DNA of 64,000 nt, taken from NCBI GenBank assembly GCA_965649825.1, contig OZ287713.1, positions 118,644 to 182,643 of the forward strand, in the 5' to 3' direction. The stretch is from Penicillus capitatus (taxonomy: Eukaryota; Plantae; Chlorophyta). This document shows, piece by piece, positions 55,094-64,000 of the stretch (positions within the stretch are counted from its first letter, which is position 1; each line of letters opens with the position of its first letter). A program made the translations under genes and the position numbers. Below the pieces are notes generated by a model. The model had not been told where the DNA came from, did no database searches, and saw nothing but the letters and a program-made list of their open reading frames with translations.

Positions 55094-55576
55094 TTAAACG
55101 ACAAATTTTAGGGATGATGTGCTTTTAATCAAATCCAAAGGAAAACGGACGCAGGTAATGAGATTCTTTTCAGAGTCCCAGGCTTCAAACGTCGCCTCGT
55201 AACGTCCTTTCGGTGCAAATGGGGGAACGATATGTGAGAAGGCTAACGTCACGACCTTTCCTGACGTCAGCGAACAGTCGTCTTCAGTGACGAGCTGACA
55301 GATGCTTGTTTCTGGGAGTTTGAGCGTAATCGGTCGACCGAAGATCTTCCTTGTTGCGCTCAGGCGATAGGTGGCTTCGCCGATGTCTTTGGAGACAACG
55401 GCGGTCGAGGTGGCCGTCACCCTTCGGCCTCTCTTCAGGACATCGGGCTCCTGCGAAATGCTGACGATTTTGAGGACAGTCGATCCACAGTCGGTTATAT
55501 TCATTTCGACGCTCGCATGGACGCACTTCGCCATGCAGAGGGACGCGACGACGCAGAGAAAGAAAACACGCGACAT
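55094..55576 (-). CDS. ML-domain (NPC2-like) secreted protein, copy B; intronless
   Basis: Signal peptide, TDCGS, ICQ...DC, IVPPFAPKGRY......DSEKNLITCV; 160 aa. Confidence 0.88.
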   Translation of the reverse strand: MSRVFFLCVVASLCMAKCVHASVEMNITDCGSTVLKIVSISQEPDVLKRGRRVTATSTAVVSKDIGEATYRLSATRKIFGRPITLKLPETSICQLVTEDDCSLTSGKVVTLAFSHIVPPFAPKGRYEATFEAWDSEKNLITCVRFPLDLIKSTSSLKFVV

Positions 55577-55637
55577 CTTCGAACACCGCTGCCACGGCGA
55601 ATGGTTCCGTCAATAAATACGATGACTGTCCCATCGT

Positions 55638-55710
55638 GACAGTCCATTTGTAAGCGCGACAATCCATTTGTAAGCGTGACAGTCCATTTGTAAGCATGAC
55701 AGTCGATTTG
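55638..55710. repeat. Tandem 20-bp repeat, ~3.5 copies, consensus GACAGTCCATTTGTAAGCRY
   Basis: gacagtccatttgtaagcgc / gacaatccatttgtaagcgt / gacagtccatttgtaagcat / gacagtcgatttg, with no spacers. Confidence 0.9.
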
Positions 55711-55720
55711 GCGGTGTGAG

Positions 55721-56916
55721 ATGGCGAAGGGCAAACAAACGCGGATTGCTTCGCCAAGTGAAAATCCGTCCGCCTGAGACTGTCCACTGCGAGATGGGAT
55801 GTCCTTCCAGGGTGGCAGCATCCGTTCGTCCATGTCTTCCGGCATTTCTGCGTTGACCGAAGCGAGACTGCCCTGACGAGTGATGTGAAGAGTGTCATGG
55901 TAGTGGGACGGGCAGACTGTGGGGTCGATGCAGAGACTGCTGTTTGCTTCTCAGGACAAGACGATCGGCAAACGCGTCTGGCAGCTTCAGAGCGCCGTGA
56001 GCGTCGCGCCGTACATTCGACTGCCGACGTCGCCGTCCGAATCCTTGGGTCTCGAAGGTCGCTTGTGCTACATCCAAGTGCGGTCGCCTGTCTCTTCGCC
56101 TCGGCACGCACCACCCTCTGCAGGTGTTCGTCTACAGCGGATTGGAGTTTCTGTTGTATCTGGATTGTGAAGCTTCTCCTCATAGCCTTGCGGCTAGTTC
56201 TTTATGGATCGTAACTTGTTGTCGATTTAAGCCTTCCAGCGATGTGCCCTGGAAAGTCGCCGCTCTATCGACCCCTCGTGCTGTTCTCCGCTTCCTTCCC
56301 CTTCTTTTGACCGAGATGCGTCCTGTTGGAGGAGCTCTTCACCGGCTGTCTCGACTGCCTCTTCGCACACCTCCCAATCCATCTTCTCGTCTCTGCAAGA
56401 CAACTTCAGTGATGCCGTTGCGCTGTCCCAATGACGCGCTCTCTTCCTCCTTCCGTCCTACCACTCCTCGAAGTGCTTCACCGCTACTCAACAAAGGTTC
56501 GCTGTAATCAGCGACAATCCAGCTAGAGCTTGATGTGGTCGAGCATGATTCGCCGATTTAGCACCAGGGCACCTATCTTACCTACCATGAGGTAGTGGTA
56601 GACGCTTTCTAGTCTCTTCAATGGCTTTGGGCTTGGCGTCCGCTTGGATCTGCATGAGGTCTGCCTTGCTTCCACCTGTCCCCGACGTGGAGAAAGCGAG
56701 ATGTTCGATTTTTCGGACGAAATCGTGCACAAGAGCTGCAGAGACCCTTCTGTCGCCGAGGACTACCTTTTTCCTGCAATTGCCTCGATTTTTTCGCCTC
56801 CTACAGCGCCTCGGACATTCGAGGTCCACCTGTGCAGTCTGTTCCTTTTAGCGTGCGAACTATTATCTGCAATTAAAGAGCATGGCAGTAAAAGAATAAA
56901 TGGATTGATACCTTAG
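55721..56916 (+). pseudogene. WDR90/POC16-like N-terminal CFAP20 (DUF667) domain without WD40 repeats; truncated gene or pseudogene
   Basis: Spliced: RWQHPFVHVFRHFCVD...SDVKSVM|DKTIGKRVWQLQSAVSVAPYIRLP..PSESLGLEGRLCYIQ|VF...EFLLYLDC. This matches the WDR90 N-terminus as I recall it (WQHPFLNVFRHF...DKT...SV...YIQLP....SLGL.GRY). The downstream frame becomes hard to follow; 3' end uncertain. Confidence 0.6.
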
Positions 56917-57669
56917 CTTCTTCTGTTGCCAATTTTATGTTGTCAAAGCCCTTAAATCCATTGGCTCTGTAGTCTTTTGACAGGTCTATCTTTTCACATC
57001 TGCACATCGTTCGAAAATCTTCGGATCGCATTGTGCACCATGTTTTCTGGGTAGTCTTTATCGACGGCCGTGCCGCGCACGAGAGCAAACTCAGCAGAAG
57101 TCTTTACACGTTTAGAGCAAGATCCCGAAGGTTTAGATTCGTCGATTTATACGCGCATGACGACATGACTTTCTAAGCAGTAAAGTCAGCATGCCCCTGG
57201 AGATAGAGAAAAGAGGTCACTTTACTGTCCACAAACCGTTTTCCCGAGGAGGGCTCTCGATTACTAAAAGAGGTCGACAGAAAGTCACATTACTTGTTTT
57301 ACACAAGAATGTGCGATTATTTGTTTATTCCAGAATGCACTTTGAGAAATTAATGAATGCGTAGCCACGAACTTCGGCGCTATGAAGAATTAATTCTCAC
57401 GAAAAAGAAAAAAGTGACGATCTCGGATCGGCGAAACGTATATTGGGTTCATGGATGGACTTTTGTCCAGATTTTCGACTTCGCATTGCCGATTACAATG
57501 AGCGCGATAGTGCGAGTTCAGACAACCGTGCTTTTTTGTAAAGGATGGAGGTTTTCGTGTTGACAAACCCGGTAGGCGTCAGTCACATCAAGCAAGATAT
57601 GACCATCCGCAGTTCGACCTGCATTTACGCCTCTCGCTTGTACGGCATCCCACTGCACGCTTCTAGGCG

Positions 57670-58175
57670 ATGGGGAACAAGAAAAACAAACAGCGCCGTC
57701 GAAGGGAGTTCGAATCTCGTCACGTGGATCAGCTTTGGCGAGATGTTCGCAAACCTCCGACGGACGTCGTTTCCGGCACCACCGGACCGATCGGCACGAC
57801 CGACAAGTACCGACGCAACGCACGCGCTCGTTCCTCACGTTCTCGTGTCCAGAGCCAAACTGGACGAAGACATCCCGGGCAGCGGCAAACACTACTGCAT
57901 CCCCTGCGGGTTCTCCTCCAGTCCACTCAATGCTTATTTTTCACAGACCTCTCGACGCTGTTCTTGACAGACGTTATTTCACCGACGGGGAGAGCCTTTC
58001 GCGTCACGAGACATCCAAACTTCACAAGAAACGCGTCAAGCTTCTGAGACATGGCATCCCTCCGCACGACAGCGCCGCCGCCGGCGAGGCTGCCGGGAAG
58101 GGACCTGTCGACAATGGCCCACGACTTCGTCCGCATCGCACCGTCACACCGTCCACGCATTTAACAGCCACCTAA
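57670..58175 (+). CDS. BUD20: BUD20/ZNF593 C2H2 zinc-finger pre-60S factor; 3 exons
   Basis: RHVDQLWRD, LDEDIPGSGKHYCIPCGRYF.....L.RHETSKLHKKRVK.L...PH...EAAG.G. Confidence 0.92.
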
Positions 58176-58266
58176 CTTCGCAAACACATCACCGTTTCCT
58201 TCGTCGACCAGGCGAGTCGTCACACGAACAGTCGCCATCCTCAAATGTCCGTCGTACGGTGGTGAC

Positions 58267-61200
58267 ATGCAACCCTCGACGTCATCCAGTGCGCTGTTTC
58301 GTTCGAGCAGCGATCGAAAAGGTGTTCCCCGTCGCATCACGCGTCTGGCGCAATGCGTCGAAGCATTCGCCAGCGAACGCGGCGGCGGCGACGCCATCAA
58401 CAGGTCACACTGTCCGCGACGACTCCATCCGCGACAAGCTCTTTTGCTGCAGCATACTGGTCGCCAACAACGGCCTGGCAGCGGTGAAGTTCATCCGGAG
58501 TGTGCGAATGTGGGCCGTTCGTGCGTTCGGCGACGATCGAGCCGTCACGCTGGTGGCCATGGCAACGCCTGAAGATATCCGAATCAACGCCGAGCACGTT
58601 CAGCTGGCGGATCAGTTCGTCGAAGTGCCGGGCGGAACGAACAATAACAACTATGCCAATGTCCGCCTCATTCTGCAAACGGCAGAGCGAGCAGAGGTCG
58701 ACGCCGTATGGCCAGGATGGTGATTATCACTCCTCGCATCTCTGGGCTTCCCACGAGGGCGGGGCTGTCGTGCAGGGGACACGCATCCGAGAATCCGGAT
58801 CTCCCGAGGGCTCTGAGCGAAACGCAGCGTGGAATTCGATTCCTGGGACCGCCGTCCGGGGCGATGGCGGCACTTGGAGACAAGGTTGTGCTCCCCCACC
58901 TCATGTCGTGCTCACCAGGTGCCTCGGTCTCAGGTCGGTTCGACGATTCTGGCTCAGGCGGCCGGCGTGCCCACGTACCCCTGGAGCGGAACCGGAGTGC
59001 AGATCTCCTACGAGGAATGCGACGGCGTCATTCCGAAGGAGATCTACGAGCGCGCCTGCCTCCAGGCAGAGAATGCCGTGCATCGTTGTCGGGCCATCGG
59101 CTACCCCGTCATGCTCAAGGCCTCGTGGGGAGGCGGAGGAAAAGGGATACGGACGGTGAGATCGGAGGCCGAAGTGGAAACGCTTCTGCGACAGGTCCGA
59201 ACGAAGATGCATCTCTCCTGAATGCGACTGGCACTACTGCGTGCTAGGTCGAAGGAGAGGTGCCCGGCTCGCCCATCTTCGCCATGAAGCTGGCATCCAG
59301 ATGTCGACATCTGGAGGTTCAGCTGCTCTGCGACCGCCACGGAAGTGTCTGCTCTCTCTTCTCCCGGGATTGCAGTCTCCAGCGCCGTCATCAGAAGATC
59401 GTCGAGGAGGGACCTGTCCTCGGTGTCGCATCGGCCATCCTGGACCAGATGGAAAGGTGCATCTTCACGCTGCGATGTGGCTCTGCGGAATAACAGCGCG
59501 TCTGGCTGCAGATCTGCCCGTGCCCTGGCGAGGTCGGTGGGGTACGTCGGCGCAGCAACGGTCGAATACCTGCACAGCGTGGAGGAGGGGCGCTACTACT
59601 TCCTGGAGCTCAATCCGCGGCTCCAGGTAGAGCACCCGGTCACCGAGGGCATCACGGGAGTGAATCTGCCTGCGTGTCAAGTGATGGTCGGCATGGGCAT
59701 CCCGCTGCATCGCATTCCCGACATCCGCGTCCTCTACCGCGAAGACCCTCAAGGAGACAGTCCCATCGACTTCGAGGCCCACGAGAGGCGGAATCCGGAT
59801 GGGTACGTCGTGGCCGTGCGCCTGACCTCGGAGAACGCCAACGATGGATTCAAACCGACGTCCGGCAACGTCGACGAAGTGCACTTTCGACCGACGTCGG
59901 ACGTCTGGGGGTACTTCTCGGTGAAGTCCGGAGGGGGAATTCACGAGTTCTCGGACTCGCAGTTCGGCCACCTCTTTGCAAAGGGCCCGACGCGTCAGGA
60001 GGCCATCCGATCGATGCTCATGGCGTTGAAGGAGGTGAAGATTCGGGGTGAGATACGCACGACGGTCGACTACATCATCGACATGATCCAGGAGCCGGAC
60101 TTCCTCGAGCAGCGCATCCACACGGCGTGGCTGGACAACCGCATCGCCCGACAGGTGACGGAGATGCAGAGAGTGCCCCTCTGAGTTCGTTTCCTGTATT
60201 CAGATCACGTCCAAGCGTCCCCCCTGGCACCTGGCGCTGGTCTCCGGGGCCGTCGTCAGAGGAATGGAAGCCTTCGCCGGGAGGTCGGCCGAATACCTGG
60301 AGATGTTGAAGAGGCGCCAGATACCTCCGTCGTCGCTCAGTCTCACGCGGCTGGAGGAGGAACTGGTGCTGGACGCGACGAAGTACAGCGTGGCGTTGCT
60401 CAAACAGGGTCCCCATCGTTATCGTGTGCTGCTGAACGGCTCGGCTCTGGACTGCGTGGCGAGGAGACAGGCCGACAGCGGCGTCTTGCTGCAGGTTGAC
60501 GGACAGAAGCACGCCGTCTACGCGGAGAACGAGGCGATGGGCGCTCGGCTGTCCATCGATTCGTGGACGTGTCTCCTGGCGAACGAGTCCGATCCTTCGC
60601 AGGTCTTGGCGCCCTCCGCTGGAAAGATCCGTCGCTACCTGGTCGAGGACGGGACGCGTCTGGAGCTGGGCGATCCCTACGCCGAGCTCGAGGTGATGAA
60701 GATGCTGATGCCGCTGCTGGCGCCTGCGGCCGGAACTGTGCGCTTTCAGCTGCCAGAAGGCGCCGTCCTGAACTGCGGAGAGCTCATCGCCAGGTCCGTC
60801 CATCCAGCGGCAGGGACGAGAAGAGACTGCTGTTGCGCCTAGGTTGGAGCTGGACGATCCCAACGCCGTCTCGACAGTCGCGGTCAGCGAAGAGAAGTTT
60901 CCGGAAGAGCTCGGTCCTCCGCAGGTTATCAGCGAACGCGTCGATGATCGATTCGCCCTGGCCCACGAGGCCGCTGCCGATCTCCTGGCCGGATACGAGC
61001 GCGACGTGCCTGCCACGGTCGCGGAGCTTCTGAGCTGTCTGGACACCGAAGACCTGGCCTTCTTCTCGTGGTCGAGGAGATTCTCCGTGGCGCAGTCTCG
61101 GATGCCGGATCGCCTGAGGCGGGCCCTGGAAACGGTCATGCAGCGCCACGACAACTCCACCTTCGACATTGTCCCGGACGTCGCTGGCACGGAGTTCCCG

Positions 61201-64000
61201 GCCAGCGACCTGCTCCGGTGCATGAAGCAGCATATGGATCTCGAACCGTCCGCAGAGCGTCTTGCCCTCGAAGCCACACTCGAGCCACTCTTGTCCCTTG
61301 CCCGAGAGCACGAGGGCGGAGACTACATCCGACGCATCACTCAGAAGCTCCTCGAGCAGTACCTCTTCGTCGAGGAGAAATTCCAGCCCCAAAGCTTGGC
61401 CACCACAGAACGCGACATCATCTACGGCCTCCGACAGGTACGGAGATCACCCACCTGTCTCTCGGCAATGGCTCGGCGGTGCTGATCAGGAGTATGGGGA
61501 CGACCTTCAGGGCGTGCTGGATTTGGTGATGTCCCATCAGGCCCTCGAGAGGAGGTCGGAGTTCGTGCTGCGTCTGCTGGCTCACGTCGTCCTCCCTTCG
61601 CCTGCAAACTACCGTCCCCATCTGCGCCGTCTGTCGGCCCTCCACTCCTCCAACGCCGCCCAGATCCTGAAGAAGGCGCAGCGCCTACTCGAACAGAGTC
61701 TGTTGGCCGATCTGAAACAAGCCGTCCGTCGCTGCCTGTCCGGACTGGATCTCTTCTCTGCCGGCCCGGATCGGAGAGGACCGTCCGTCTCCAGAAAGGC
61801 CACTCGGACGGAGAGCCTCTACAAGGGGCTCGGCAGCGGAAGCCTGCCTCCGTCCACAATGGCTCAGGTGGAGATGCAGAAGATGGAGATGCTGGTCGAA
61901 GCTCCAGCCGCCGTCGACGACGCTCTTGCCTCGCTCCTGGGCCTTCCTCGAGTCCGCGTCCCCGAGGAGACACGATCCGCTTCGGATCACGTGGCGACGG
62001 CGGGCGTCGAGCACCGTACACTGATGGTCTACATCCAGCGAACGTATCATCACCGAATCCTCGAGGAGCCCGGAATCGTGCAGCACAGTCACTGCACAGT
62101 CGCCTCCTGGGTGTACGGCGATGTCTACGAGAAGGAGGTCGAGCACCACGGGGCCATGATTGTGCTCGAGCAACTGAATCACCTCAAAGAGGGAATGGAA
62201 ATTGTCAGACAAGCACTGGGCCAGCGCAACAGAACGACGACGTCCGGGTGTCTGCACATCGCACTGACAGGAGAATCGGGTGACCGATTCCGTCTCTTCG
62301 GCGAGGCGGAAGATCTCTGCCGCGGCGACATCGACGAGAGAGATGAGGCGAACGATCCCTTCGACGAAGACGAACGTGTTCGGTCGAGTCTGACAGACGA
62401 GGACATCACGCAACTGGCCTCCTCTCTGCGAGCACTGATCCAGACGATAACGGCCGAATGCAGAGCGATGGACTTCGACACGGTCTGCGTCGTCATTCAG
62501 ACGGCAAAGATCCCTGTGCGCAAGGGATACAGATGGGATTCCAGTCGTCAGCGCTACGCATCGCACTTCACTCTCCAGTGAGAATCGGATCTCTCCTGCG
62601 ACGATCGACGGGTGTGCTTCGCAGGCAGGTGGAGGGTCCAGTGGCCGAGGCACTGGAGCTCTGCAAGCTGGAGCATCTGCCGTTGCACCACGCGCCCTCC
62701 CGGAATCGCCAGTGGCACATCTACACGGTCGAGGAGAGAGCAGGGCGCGGAACGGTCATCAAGAGACTCTATCTCCGCGGACGGATTCATCAGATTGGCA
62801 ACACCCCTGAATTCCTGACGGCCTCCTACCGGGGCACAGCGGCGGACCTCGCTGCTGCGGTGGTGGACGAGATCGGGGGGACTCTGTCCCGATGTCTAGA
62901 GGAACTGCTGCGCGTGCAGCACGGAGAGGATGGCGACGGTGCGACGTCCATCGACTGGTCGCACATCTTCCTGTCGCTCTTGCCTTCCGTGGATATCGGA
63001 GAAGATGCGACTGGCAGTGTGGTGGCCGCTCTGCGCTCTGCATGCGCCCGGTGGACGAACCGACTCGCAGGCGATCTGCGCACTGCCTCCGTGGCCCAGA
63101 TCGAGTTGAGAATCTGCGCGGCCGGAGAAGCCGCTCCGTGGAGAGTCATCGCGTCCCTTCCCACGGGACAAGAGGCCGGAGACGAACACGTGGACGTCTA
63201 CCGCGAAGAACGATCTCCGGGAGGGCTTCGATACCGAGCCGTCTCGCAGCCGCCCGGCGCGTTGCATGGCCGCCCTGTTCTGCAGCCGTACGGGGCCCTG
63301 AGTGCTCTGCAGCAGAAGCGCCTGTTGGCTCGGAGACACGGCACCACGTACTGCTACGATTTCCCTGCAGTTTTCGCAAACGCTCTGAGAGAGATCTGGA
63401 CGGAGAGAGCTGTGGCAGGAGAGCCGTGCTCTACGCCGCCGCCCGGTGCACTCGTGGAAGCAGCGGAGCTCGGATTCGATGGACAGGACTCCCACGCGTC
63501 GCCCTACGCTTGGAAGCTGCGGAGGCTGCCTGAAGGATCTGAGCGTCTCGCTGTCGGCATGGTCGCGTGGACGATGACGGTCAGATCTCCGGAAGCTCCT
63601 GATGGACGCTCGCTCGTTGCCATCGCCAACGACATCACCCACCATTTCGGTGCATTCGGGCCGAAGGAGGATGCGCTCTTTCGATCCGCCGTGGAGCACG
63701 CGCTGGACCATCGCCTTCCGGTCGTCTACATCGCTGCCAACTCTGGAGCCCGCGTCGGTCTCGCCACGGATGTCGGGGAAAAGCTGAAAGTACAGTGCGC
63801 GCAGGCCGGAACTCGATTCACGTGCGACGGCTTTCTGTGCAGGTCGAGTGGACGTCGCCCGAAGACCCTCTCAGAGGACCTGCTTACCTGTACCTGGAGG
63901 ACGCCGATTACCAGCAGCTGACGAGCGGCGGCGGCGAGGGGCGCAACGCTCCTGCGGTCGTGGCCGAAAAGAAGAAGGGCCATTGGAGGATCACCGATGT
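58267..64000 (+). CDS. ACC1: Homomeric acetyl-CoA carboxylase (BC, BT, BCCP, central and start of CT domains); runs off the window end
   Basis: [98 protein letters not shown] (biotinyl Lys), [32 protein letters not shown]. Confidence 0.99.

Noticed and set aside
55638-55710. CRISPR array
   Set aside because: Repeats are directly adjacent with no spacers, there are no cas genes, and the context is eukaryotic.

Overview
Eukaryotic nuclear DNA, most likely from a compact-genome green alga (chlorophyte). Support: plastid-type DAHP synthase, CruP, TAAC and RPL24 genes, an AP2 factor, very short (about 40-60 nt) spliceosomal introns, and the standard genetic code. I traced by eye about 25 recognisable genes (coordinates approximate at exon level): rhomboid, YciI-like, FANCJ-like helicase, HUB1/BRE1, ECA Ca2+-ATPase, SKP1, CruP, J-domain/DUF3752, class II DAHP synthase, RadA/Sms, RPL24, AP2/ERF, reticulon, VGT-type sugar porter, BTB/POZ, MFS, a pseudokinase, thymidylate kinase, TAAC, PRA1, NDUFB11, two ML-domain genes, BUD20/ZNF593 and homomeric acetyl-CoA carboxylase. 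Most interesting points: (i) the window begins with the 3' end of one homomeric ACCase and ends inside the 5' three-quarters of another on the same strand, suggesting a ~65-kb tandem unit or circle, or two nearby paralogs; (ii) an IFT140 flagellar gene is decaying in place and a WDR90-like centriolar gene is truncated, hinting at ongoing loss of the flagellar apparatus; (iii) an intron-containing RFC subunit pseudogene; (iv) many GC-AG introns; (v) same-strand gene pairs only 50-100 nt apart, which are polycistron candidates. I found no tRNA, rRNA, CRISPR array or recognisable transposon or viral gene.
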